From: an uncultured Flavobacteriaceae bacterium
Lineage (GTDB): Bacteria; Bacteroidota; Bacteroidia; Flavobacteriales; Flavobacteriaceae
Direction of reading: 5' to 3'
Assembly: GCA_938010765.1 (NCBI GenBank)
Contig: CALLVX010000028.1
Span: forward strand, 394 to 64,393
Length of the DNA stretch: 64,000 nt
Shown piece after piece: positions 40,608 through 49,229 of this stretch. The translations under genes were made by a program, and so were the position numbers. The stretch's first letter is position 1. Each line of letters starts with the position of its first letter. Below the pieces are notes generated by a model that ran no database searches, had not been told where the DNA came from, and was given only the letters and a program-made list of their open reading frames with translations.

Positions 40608-41705
40608 TTAATCGTGTTGGGTGTTATTTTGATAAGTTGCCGGTGGTTCTTCCAATAACCATTTTAAATCTTTTTTACTGGGTAAAATGGTTTTGTATTT
40701 ACTGGCGAAAATTTGTTCGTTATTTTCAGGGAGTGTATATTCAACCACCGCTTCGCTCTTGTTTTGACAAAGAATAATACCAATGGTCTTTTCCTCTCCT
40801 TTCAGGCGGATCTCTCTATCATAGTAGTTCACGTACATCTGCATTTGACCTATGTCTTGATGCTTCAATTCTCCAATTTTTAAATCAATTAGTACGAAAC
40901 ACTTCAGTAATCTATTGTAAAATACCAAATCGATTCTAAAGTGTTTCTCGTCAAAGGAAATTCTTTTTTGCCGGGCTACAAATGTAAAGCCTGTTCCTAG
41001 TTCTAAAAGAAAATGTTCAAGTTTATTAATGATCGCATCTTCCAAATCATTTTCGGAATAAGAAGCGCGTTCGGGCAAACCAATGAATTCCAATATATAA
41101 GGGTCTTTAATAGCGTCCCTGGGTTTTTCTAAAACGAGTCCTTTTTTTGACAGTTTCTCAACTTCTTTTTTGTTTCTGCTCAGGGCCAGTCTGGTATACA
41201 GGGCGGCGTTGTACTGTCGTTTCAATTCGCGTACGCTCCAATTGTTCTTGAATGCTTCGATTTCATAGAAACTACGTTCTTTAGCATCTTCGATTCGCAT
41301 TAATAGAAGGTAATGTGACCAACTCAGTTTAAATTCCGCAGACAGTGTCTGCGGTTTTCGATTCGAAATATTTTCGTTAGGTTCGGAAACGATATTTTCA
41401 AATTCCGCAGCCACTGTCTGCGGTTTTCGATAGTTGCTATAAAATTGCCTCATTTGTTCAACGTTCCTTACCGAAAAACCTTTGCCGAACTCTTTGGTCA
41501 GGAACTTTGAGAGCCCCACTGTCAGCTTTTGACCGTATTTTGCTCTATTCGCACCTTGCTGCTCTTCTTCGACAATCATTCTCCCTATTTCGAAATAAGT
41601 AGCGACCATAATGTTGTTCACGGAGCGAATTACTTGACTTCTGGCAGTTTCAAGTAACTTGGCGATTCGTGAATGAAGTTCGATATCGGCAGCTTTGTAA
41701 CGCAT
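40608..41705 (-). CDS. YhcG/DUF1016 PD-(D/E)XK nuclease family protein
   Basis: YFEIGRMIVEEEQ, LSWSHY, KDPYILEF, IDLVFY..LIDLK, GQMQMYVNY. Confidence 0.92.
   Translation of the reverse strand: MRYKAADIELHSRIAKLLETARSQVIRSVNNIMVATYFEIGRMIVEEEQQGANRAKYGQKLTVGLSKFLTKEFGKGFSVRNVEQMRQFYSNYRKPQTVAAEFENIVSEPNENISNRKPQTLSAEFKLSWSHYLLLMRIEDAKERSFYEIEAFKNNWSVRELKRQYNAALYTRLALSRNKKEVEKLSKKGLVLEKPRDAIKDPYILEFIGLPERASYSENDLEDAIINKLEHFLLELGTGFTFVARQKRISFDEKHFRIDLVFYNRLLKCFVLIDLKIGELKHQDIGQMQMYVNYYDREIRLKGEEKTIGIILCQNKSEAVVEYTLPENNEQIFASKYKTILPSKKDLKWLLEEPPATYQNNTQHD
41331..41430. repeat. Two 31-bp palindromic direct repeats with 38-bp spacer, in frame within YhcG gene
   Basis: AAATTCCGCAGACAGTGTCTGCGGTTTTCGA (41331-41361) and AAATTCCGCAGCCACTGTCTGCGGTTTTCGA (41400-41430). 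Confidence 0.9.
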
Positions 41706-41807
41706 CGTTCTTTTAATCAGTGAAATTTGCAATGAAATGATTCCCTTCGATTTTGGGAGTAGGTTTCAAAACTAAACAATAATCTACTTTTAGTATTGGT
41801 CTAAAAT

Positions 41808-42800
41808 TTAAGTTTTAATAAAAGAATCGGAAGGGTTGTTTGCATGCCCCTCTTTTGAGTAGGTGCGATAGGTAAAGCCTGGTTGAATACAATAGCCTCC
41901 CGTTTCTCCTTTTTTGTTGATGGCTATAAAACCAATTTGAAAATCTTGCTTGTCCTTGTTCTTGGCGATAATACGTTTTACCCCCTCTTTGCAGGCTTCT
42001 TGTGGCGACTTGCCTTGTCGCATCAATTCAACGATTAGAAAACTGCCAACGGTGCGTACAACTTCTTCCCCGACCCCGGTCGCGGTGGCCCCACCAACCT
42101 CATTGTCAACGAAAAGCCCGGCACCAATAATGGGGGAGTCGCCAACACGCCCGCTCATTTTATAGGCCATGCCACTAGTAGTGCAAGCGCCCGAAATGTC
42201 GCCATTTGCATCAATTGCGAGCATGCCAATGGTGTCATGGTTTTCAATATTTATGATGGGCTCATACTGAGAAGTTTTTTGCCATTCGACCCATTCTTTT
42301 TTTGATTTTTCGGTCAATAGATTCGTTTTTACAAAGCCTTGTTCGTATGCGAATTGTTCGGCCCCTTTTCCGGCCAACATCACATGGGGCGTCTCTTCCA
42401 TTACTTTTCGGGCGACCGATATGGGGTGGGCGATATTTTGCATGCATAAAACAGCACCGCAATTCCCATCTTTGTCCATAATACAAGCATCGAGCGTTAC
42501 CTTGCCATCACGGTCGGGGCGCCCACCGAAGCCGACCGTTTGATTTTCAGTATCCGCTTCTTCGATCATGACGCCTTGTTCAACTGCATCCAATGCATTG
42601 CCACCTTTTTCAAGTACCTCCCAAGCTTTTGCAGAAGCATTGTGAAAATCCCAGGTGCAGATGACAATCGGTTTTAGGATAGGTTGTTCGCCTGCGATTG
42701 TTTTTTCTTTTTTTGAATCGCTACAAGATGCCAATAGCGGAGTGGCGAGAAGACCAGCGGTGCCCTTGGTAGAATTTTTTAGAAAGTTTCTGCGTTGCAT
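41808..42800 (-). CDS. N(4)-(beta-N-acetylglucosaminyl)-L-asparaginase (glycosylasparaginase)
   Basis: Tat motif RRNFLK plus lipobox LASC; HDTIG autoproteolysis site; GRVGDSPIIGAG. Confidence 0.9.
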   Translation of the reverse strand: MQRRNFLKNSTKGTAGLLATPLLASCSDSKKEKTIAGEQPILKPIVICTWDFHNASAKAWEVLEKGGNALDAVEQGVMIEEADTENQTVGFGGRPDRDGKVTLDACIMDKDGNCGAVLCMQNIAHPISVARKVMEETPHVMLAGKGAEQFAYEQGFVKTNLLTEKSKKEWVEWQKTSQYEPIINIENHDTIGMLAIDANGDISGACTTSGMAYKMSGRVGDSPIIGAGLFVDNEVGGATATGVGEEVVRTVGSFLIVELMRQGKSPQEACKEGVKRIIAKNKDKQDFQIGFIAINKKGETGGYCIQPGFTYRTYSKEGHANNPSDSFIKT

Positions 42801-42934
42801 AGGGGTGGTATCGTTATTTTTATAGCAATAAATATAGCGTATATTGTGTTAGCCGCCTAGCGTGCGATTTGGGAATTAACACCCTAAATTTAACCAGTGT
42901 GTTTGTGATTGATACTTGAACTTGAATTTTTTTT

Positions 42935-43657
42935 ATGCTAGTAGAAGTTTGTGCCAATTCAGTAGAATCTGCCCTGAATGCAGAAAAGGGAGGGGCAGAC
43001 AGAATTGAGTTTTGTAGTGAACTTGAAGTAGGTGGGGTTACACCTTCTTACGGACTTTTGAAAAGTGTGCGAGCGCAACTTTCGATTCCGGTTCGGGTTT
43101 TAGTACGCCCCAGAAGTGGGGATTTTACGTATTCCGAAAAAGAGTTTCATAGCATGTTGGATGATATTGAACTTTGTGCTGATCTAGGTTTCGATGGGGT
43201 AGTGTCTGGGCTATTGTGTGAAGATTTCTCGCTAGACGTGGCAAGAACCGAAAAACTGGTAACCGCTGCAGGCCCGCTCGGGTTTACTTTTCATCGGGCT
43301 TTTGATTGGGTGCCCAATCCCACTGAAACCTTACTCCAACTAAATGCGATGGGTGTAGATTATGTCCTAACCTCAGGGCAACAAAAAACGGCTTTGGAGG
43401 GAATTGATTTGCTCACCCAACTACTACATAAAAAAACAACGTGTATCGTAATGCCGGGATCCGGCATAGGTGTTGACAACGCTTTTCGGTTCAAGGAAAA
43501 GGAATTTCGGGCTATTCACCTTTCAGGAACCCGTATGATAGAACATATCAAGGGCAGTCCCAAGGTTCCGATGAGTACCGGTCAACGAATACCCGATGGG
43601 ATGCTGCTGCGTACAAACGAGGAGGTGATTGCAAAAGTGGTTGCTAGCGTTAAATAA
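42935..43657 (+). CDS. cutC: CutC family protein
   Basis: EVC, GADRIEFC, GGVTPS, RPRSGDF, TFHRAFD, LTSG. Confidence 0.93.
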   Translation: MLVEVCANSVESALNAEKGGADRIEFCSELEVGGVTPSYGLLKSVRAQLSIPVRVLVRPRSGDFTYSEKEFHSMLDDIELCADLGFDGVVSGLLCEDFSLDVARTEKLVTAAGPLGFTFHRAFDWVPNPTETLLQLNAMGVDYVLTSGQQKTALEGIDLLTQLLHKKTTCIVMPGSGIGVDNAFRFKEKEFRAIHLSGTRMIEHIKGSPKVPMSTGQRIPDGMLLRTNEEVIAKVVASVK

Positions 43658-43714
43658 ATTGAAAATACCATAGCTGTCGACCCCAAAAAAATATCTTTGT
43701 AAAAAGATTCGCGA

Positions 43715-44938
43715 ATGCTTCGTTTTATTACTATCCTTTCCATTTTTTATATCCTATTTGCTACGTATGGTTTTCAAGCCTTTCGAACCTTGTTCAAGAA
43801 TCCTTGGGTGCATTTATTGTATGGTTTATTCTTTGCGGTGGCATGGGTGTTTTTGATAATCAAAGTAATGGGGTATAAGCCCGGGGATGCGCTGCAACCA
43901 TCTACGGCAATTGCCGGGGGTGTTTTCTTTTCTTTCTTTTGTTTGGCTTTGGTACTCAGTATGGGCATGCTGCTCGAAGATATTATTCGAATTATTGAGT
44001 TGGGGTACTCCAAACTAACAAAGGAAACTGCCGCGATGCCTTCCAGACGTAAGTTCGTAAGTGGTATTGCACTGGGTCTGGCGGCACTTCCGTTCGGGGC
44101 CTTGTTATACGGAATGGTCAAAGGAAAGTACAACTACAAGGTCTTGAAGTACACGATGGAGTATGACGATTTGCCCGATGCTTTCGATGGGTATCAGATT
44201 ACGCAGATATCCGATGTGCATAGCGGTAGTTTTGACAATCGGGAAAAGGTGGCCTATGCAATTGATCTGATCAATGAGCAAAAAAGTGATGTGTTACTTT
44301 TTACAGGGGATATGGTCAATAACAAGGCGGAGGAAATGCTCCCATGGAAGAAAATCTTTGCAAAACTAGAAGCGCACGACGGCAAGTATTCGGTTCTGGG
44401 CAATCATGACTATGGGGATTATGCTGAATGGGAAAGCAAGGAGGCGAAAGAAAAAAACCTTGATGATTTAAAGAAACTTCAAAAAGAAATCGGTTTTGAT
44501 TTGTTGTTGAACGAGAGCCGATATCTCGAAAAAAATGGAGATCGGATAGCCTTGGTCGGTGTTGAGAATTGGGGCAAGGGCGGATTCAAAAAGGCGGGGG
44601 ATCTTAAGAAGGCCGCTTCCCAGATTGCGAAAGAGGATTTTAAAATATTAATGAGCCACGATCCGTCGCATTGGGAAGAACAGGTGATACCCGACGACTA
44701 TCACTACCATCTCACCTTAAGTGGTCATACACACGGGATGCAATTTGGGGTTGAAATCCCTGGATGGTTTAAATGGAGTCCTGTAAAGTGGCGCTATAAG
44801 CAATGGGCGGGCATCTACGAACAGATGGGGCAGTACATTAATGTGAATCGAGGTTTTGGCTTTATTGGGTACCCTGGCCGGGTCGGTATTTGGCCAGAAA
44901 TCACCGTGATTACTTTAAAAAAGAAATCGTTAACATGA
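43715..44938 (+). CDS. Membrane-anchored metallophosphoesterase (YkuE-like)
   Basis: SDVH, TGDMVN, GNHD, SGHTHG; -7 element TATCTTTG at 43692. Confidence 0.9.
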   Translation: MLRFITILSIFYILFATYGFQAFRTLFKNPWVHLLYGLFFAVAWVFLIIKVMGYKPGDALQPSTAIAGGVFFSFFCLALVLSMGMLLEDIIRIIELGYSKLTKETAAMPSRRKFVSGIALGLAALPFGALLYGMVKGKYNYKVLKYTMEYDDLPDAFDGYQITQISDVHSGSFDNREKVAYAIDLINEQKSDVLLFTGDMVNNKAEEMLPWKKIFAKLEAHDGKYSVLGNHDYGDYAEWESKEAKEKNLDDLKKLQKEIGFDLLLNESRYLEKNGDRIALVGVENWGKGGFKKAGDLKKAASQIAKEDFKILMSHDPSHWEEQVIPDDYHYHLTLSGHTHGMQFGVEIPGWFKWSPVKWRYKQWAGIYEQMGQYINVNRGFGFIGYPGRVGIWPEITVITLKKKSLT

Positions 44939-45030
44939 TTTTAACTAGCTTGAATACGCACAAAACGACCACTATTCTTACCAATTTAACATTTTTTACT
45001 ACTTTTGGTCTATAACCTTATGTTATATAT

Positions 45031-45327
45031 ATGTCAAAATTTGGTGAACTTATAGATGCGAAAGTTCCAGTGCTTTTAGATTTCTATGCAGATTGGAACG
45101 AACAATCTACCGCAATGCATCCTGTACTACGAGATGTGGCGGCCGCTTTAGGAGATAAAGGAAAGATTATAAAAATCGATGTAGACAAGAATAAAGAGCT
45201 GTCTCAAGCCTTGCGTGTAAAAGGATTACCAACCCTTATGATTTACAAAAAGGGAGAAATGGTATGGCGCCAAAGTGGCGAACAAGATGCCAATACCCTG
45301 ATCGGAATCCTTAGCGAGTACGTGTAG
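45031..45327 (+). CDS. Thioredoxin-fold protein lacking CxxC
   Basis: PVLLDFYADW-NEQS, KIDVD, LPTL cis-Pro loop; no Cys. Confidence 0.85.
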   Translation: MSKFGELIDAKVPVLLDFYADWNEQSTAMHPVLRDVAAALGDKGKIIKIDVDKNKELSQALRVKGLPTLMIYKKGEMVWRQSGEQDANTLIGILSEYV

Positions 45328-45526
45328 ACCCTAGAAGACCGTTATTACTTGGTTTCTGCCATTTGGAAAACCTTCGAACAGAACATTCGTACTCAAACTT
45401 CGTCAAAACGTATAAAAGTTGCTTGTAAATAGGGCGATTTCGAACTTTATGCGCCAAGTTTTTTAAGTGGGCTTACCACACAATCATACTTAAATTCGAT
45501 TTTTAAACACCTTTTGTTGTTGGCTG

Positions 45527-48500
45527 TTAATTCCCCGCTGCCGCTGTTACGCTATCGGGTTGTTCCTCTAAAGACTGTGCAGTGTCGACAGCGTTTGAAT
45601 CCGACACGGGAACTGTATCGTTCAAATCAGGGTCGCCTCCTCCTCTTATAGGGGGAATAGTTTCGGTATCATCTTTGTAAAAGTGACTGAACTTATCAAT
45701 AAATTCATTGAAAAGCAGCGTTTCTTTCTCGGCCATTTCCCGATCTCTGTTGGTAATGAGAATATCGATAATTCGTCGGTACGCTTCCATATCGGCAATA
45801 ATCTCATCTATTTTCCCATATTGCTCATCCAAGGTGGTGCCCGAGTAGTACGTAAGTCGATCTTGGTAGATTTTTTTGAGTTTGCCAAACAGCTCATGTG
45901 CCTTACCTGTTTCTCCCACCTTGTAGTACCCGTCTACAAAAGGTTCTACAAAGGTGTAGTAGCCAAATTGTTCTACCGGCATATGGGTCATTGCCATGGT
46001 GATAATTTCCTTGGCTTTTTCAGTTTTGTTCTCTTCCAGAAGTTTTTCAACAAGCCTAGCAAGGTTTCCTCGGTAAGAGAGGCCCTGTATTCTTGTTTGC
46101 GGGTCATGATAAACCCCTTCACCGCCCGAATTGCCCCAATCCCAGTTGGTAACGACATCGTACATCAAATCGGTATCGATCCTGCCCATTTCAAAACCAT
46201 TGGAACGTTCTGTTTTGATCGGAACTAATTTGTAGGACATCCCATCGAGTTGCAGGTAATCTTTCATCCAAATAAATTCGGCATTGTCAAAACTACCACC
46301 AGAGAAATAAAGCGGTCTTTTCCAATCGTTGTTTGCAACAATATCGAGCATCATCATATTCTTCTTGGTAATTGCGCTTTGGGGTAAATCAATATCGATA
46401 TAATCAACGATCAAATCGGCATCTTTTTCCTTTACCAAACCACTGGCCAATACATTTTTTTTGTTTATAGGGATACGAATTTTATGGGTCGGGTAGTATA
46501 CGATATTGAGACTGTTTTCGGAGTAAGCTTCAATATCGCCATTTTGTTTAATGATGTGGCGTAATTTGGTTTGAGGCTTATCGCTGTCTATCCAATTAAT
46601 AAAATCCTGGATCATCCAACGATTTTTAGAAATCTCTTTGTTGAACAAGGGATCTACGTTTTGGTAGTAGAGTACATCGCGAGACCCCCAGCGGTACTTG
46701 TCGTGCGCTATTTGAGAAGGTATAGGGTCGCTTTCATAGGCCTTTTGTTTCATTTGGTCTATATACCAGTCTGTCTCAAATAAACTCGTGCACACAATGC
46801 GTACATCGGTACGATACCCCTCAATTTCTTGAACATACCAAAGAGGGAACGTATCATTATCACCAATGGTGAACAAAATGGCACCTGCATCTTTCTGACA
46901 AGAATCGAGATAGGCCTTTGCAGAAGAGTTGGCCGTAAACCGATTTGAACGGTCATGGTCGTCCCAATTCTGATAGGCCATTACCGAGGGTACCGCTAAG
47001 AGACAAATAATGGTTACCGCGGGGGCTAGAATTTTAGGGGTCAGGTATTTCTCAAAACCGTCATATAGTCCATATACTCCCAGGCCAATCCATAGGGCAA
47101 ATATATAAAAAGACCCTACCAGTGAATAGTCGCGTTCGCGCGGTTGAAAAATGTAAGGGTTGGTATAAAATTGAATCGCTAAACCGGTAAACATAAAGAA
47201 GACAAAAAGCACCCAAAATTGCTTAGGGTTTTTTGAAATTTGGAATACGAGGCCAATGATACCTAGGAGTAATGGTAAAAAGAAATAGGTGTTTCGAGCT
47301 TTATTGTCGAGCACCTCACTCGGAAGATTGTCCTGACTGCCGAGGCGCATGCTATCAACAAAGCCGATACCGCTGAGCCATTCGCCATCGCCATTATAAC
47401 GCCCTTGCACATCGTTCTGTTTCCCGGTGAAATTCCACATGAAATAACGCCAGTACATATAGCCGAACTGAAACTCTAACATGTACTGAATGTTTTGCCA
47501 TACCGAAGGCGGTTTTACTTCTACAAAATCTCCGAATCGATTAAGAAAACTTATATATTGTTCTGCATCTATTTCTCCATTCGCAAAACCAGTTTTAACT
47601 TGCTCTACTGCCTTGCGAAGTTCTTCGTTCGACTGGGTCATCTTAAAATCTAACGCCCCAAAATACTTCATGTAATTCTCTGCATGTTGGGAACTCCACA
47701 TTCTTGGCAATAGGCCCCTGTGCTTTTCATTGGGTCCTAAAGTGGCATTCTTATAGTAGTTGACAACAACGTATTTTCCTATTTTTTCGTCTTTCTCGTA
47801 TTTGGGTTTTTCGTCTTTCTGATCCCCTGATTCGGCAAACCGATCAGAATAATAGGTGCCATAAACAGGGCTGTCTACCCCTGGATATTGTTCTCTGTTG
47901 TAGTAGGCCAACAACGCTCTGGCATCTTCCGGATTGTTCTCGTTGATTACCGTCTTGGCATTGGCTCGAATAGGGAGCATTAGCCAGGAAGAAAATCCAA
48001 GAAATAGGAACATCAGGCAAAGCACAATTGTATTGGCCGTTCTAAAGTCGTTTTTTCGTGTGTATCGAAGTGCAAAGTAAAAAACGGAAATGAACACAAG
48101 GCCCATAATAATGGTTCCTGAATTAAAGGGAAGCCCTACATTGTTAATAAAGAAGACCTCGCTCCAACCGAATACCTGCAAAATGTAAGTGAGCGAGAAT
48201 TTATAGACCAACATTAAGATTCCTACCACAGCAAGATTGGCCAGCAAAAAGTTGGGTACCGTGGTGGTTTTATAACGTTTAAAATAGTAGAGGAGCCCAA
48301 TAGATGGGATAGCCAAAAAACCCATAAACTGAATCCCAAAGGTAAGCCCGACCACATATGATATTAAGATAATCCAACGATTGCCCCGCGCATCGTCGAG
48401 CGTGTCGGTCCATCTGAGTCCCAACCATAATAAGAGCGCCATAATAAAGCTTGCCATCGCATACACCTCGGTCTCCACCGCGTTGAACCAAAAACTATCC

Positions 48501-48907
48501 GAGAATGTAAAGGCCAAACTACCAACGATACCGCTCCCCAAAATGGCGATGGCACTGTTGTTGGTCATTACCTCCGATTTCGCGATAAGCTTACGGGTAA
48601 GATTGGTAATGGTCCAAAACATGAATAAAATGGTAAAAGCACTTGAAACTCCTGATACATAGTTGACCATGCGCGCTACCAATTGGTCATCACCAAATGT
48701 AAAAATCGCAAAAAAGGCACCGATCATTTGCATTAAAGGTGCTCCCGGTGGGTGGCCTACTTGCAACTTTGCCGAAGTGGAAATGTATTCCCCGGCATCC
48801 CAAAAACTATTGGTCGGTTCTACGGTAATCGTATAAACAATAAGGGCAATGAAGAAGACGGTCCATCCTAGGATAGTGTCCCATTTTTCGAAGTTTTTTG
48901 AAAACAT
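45527..48907 (-). CDS. DUF2723 (TMEM260/GT-C-like) membrane glycosyltransferase
   Basis: SFWDAGEY, HPPGAP, AVETEVY, RERDY, GDNDTFPLWY. Confidence 0.9.
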   Translation of the reverse strand: MFSKNFEKWDTILGWTVFFIALIVYTITVEPTNSFWDAGEYISTSAKLQVGHPPGAPLMQMIGAFFAIFTFGDDQLVARMVNYVSGVSSAFTILFMFWTITNLTRKLIAKSEVMTNNSAIAILGSGIVGSLAFTFSDSFWFNAVETEVYAMASFIMALLLWLGLRWTDTLDDARGNRWIILISYVVGLTFGIQFMGFLAIPSIGLLYYFKRYKTTTVPNFLLANLAVVGILMLVYKFSLTYILQVFGWSEVFFINNVGLPFNSGTIIMGLVFISVFYFALRYTRKNDFRTANTIVLCLMFLFLGFSSWLMLPIRANAKTVINENNPEDARALLAYYNREQYPGVDSPVYGTYYSDRFAESGDQKDEKPKYEKDEKIGKYVVVNYYKNATLGPNEKHRGLLPRMWSSQHAENYMKYFGALDFKMTQSNEELRKAVEQVKTGFANGEIDAEQYISFLNRFGDFVEVKPPSVWQNIQYMLEFQFGYMYWRYFMWNFTGKQNDVQGRYNGDGEWLSGIGFVDSMRLGSQDNLPSEVLDNKARNTYFFLPLLLGIIGLVFQISKNPKQFWVLFVFFMFTGLAIQFYTNPYIFQPRERDYSLVGSFYIFALWIGLGVYGLYDGFEKYLTPKILAPAVTIICLLAVPSVMAYQNWDDHDRSNRFTANSSAKAYLDSCQKDAGAILFTIGDNDTFPLWYVQEIEGYRTDVRIVCTSLFETDWYIDQMKQKAYESDPIPSQIAHDKYRWGSRDVLYYQNVDPLFNKEISKNRWMIQDFINWIDSDKPQTKLRHIIKQNGDIEAYSENSLNIVYYPTHKIRIPINKKNVLASGLVKEKDADLIVDYIDIDLPQSAITKKNMMMLDIVANNDWKRPLYFSGGSFDNAEFIWMKDYLQLDGMSYKLVPIKTERSNGFEMGRIDTDLMYDVVTNWDWGNSGGEGVYHDPQTRIQGLSYRGNLARLVEKLLEENKTEKAKEIITMAMTHMPVEQFGYYTFVEPFVDGYYKVGETGKAHELFGKLKKIYQDRLTYYSGTTLDEQYGKIDEIIADMEAYRRIIDILITNRDREMAEKETLLFNEFIDKFSHFYKDDTETIPPIRGGGDPDLNDTVPVSDSNAVDTAQSLEEQPDSVTAAAGN

Positions 48908-49051
48908 GAAGTATGTGGTTTTACCAATGAGGCGAATTTACTAATTAAAATAGATATGGATATGGTATTTTTATAAAGCTTTAACAAGCGAACGATTGTA
49001 ATTTTTTGGCCGATTGTAGTGAAAAATGTTTGCGCATACCAAACTTTGTTC

Positions 49052-49059
49052 TAAATTTG
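49052..49059 (+). promoter_or_regulatory. tRNA promoter -7 element (TTTG -33 at 49029)
   Basis: TTTG-N19-TAAATTTG. Confidence 0.7.
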
Positions 49060-49099
49060 CACGCTCTAATACAGAACTGGTTTCTTGTTAGATTGGTAG

Positions 49100-49171
49100 T
49101 GGCCTATGGTGTAATTGGCAACACAGCTGGTTTTGGTCCAGTCGTTCTAGGTTCGAGTCCTAGTAGGCCAA
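49100..49171 (+). tRNA. tRNA-Gln (TTG); CCA not encoded
   Basis: Acceptor TGGCCTA/TAGGCCA; anticodon arm GCTGG-TTTTGGT-CCAGT; T arm CTAGG-TTCGAGT-CCTAG. Confidence 0.96.
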
Positions 49172-49185
49172 CTGAAAGATGAAGC

Positions 49186-49222
49186 AAGTCCCGATGTCAA
49201 AAGATGTCGGGATTTTTATTTT
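49186..49222. terminator. Terminator between tRNA-Gln and convergent antiporter gene
   Basis: AAGTCCCGAT...GTCGGGATTTTT. Confidence 0.75.
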
Positions 49223-49229
49223 TATATTG

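Noticed and set aside
41331-41430. Calling the YhcG repeats a CRISPR array
   Set aside because: Only two repeats, in frame in a CDS, with no cas genes or leader; reported as a repeat instead.
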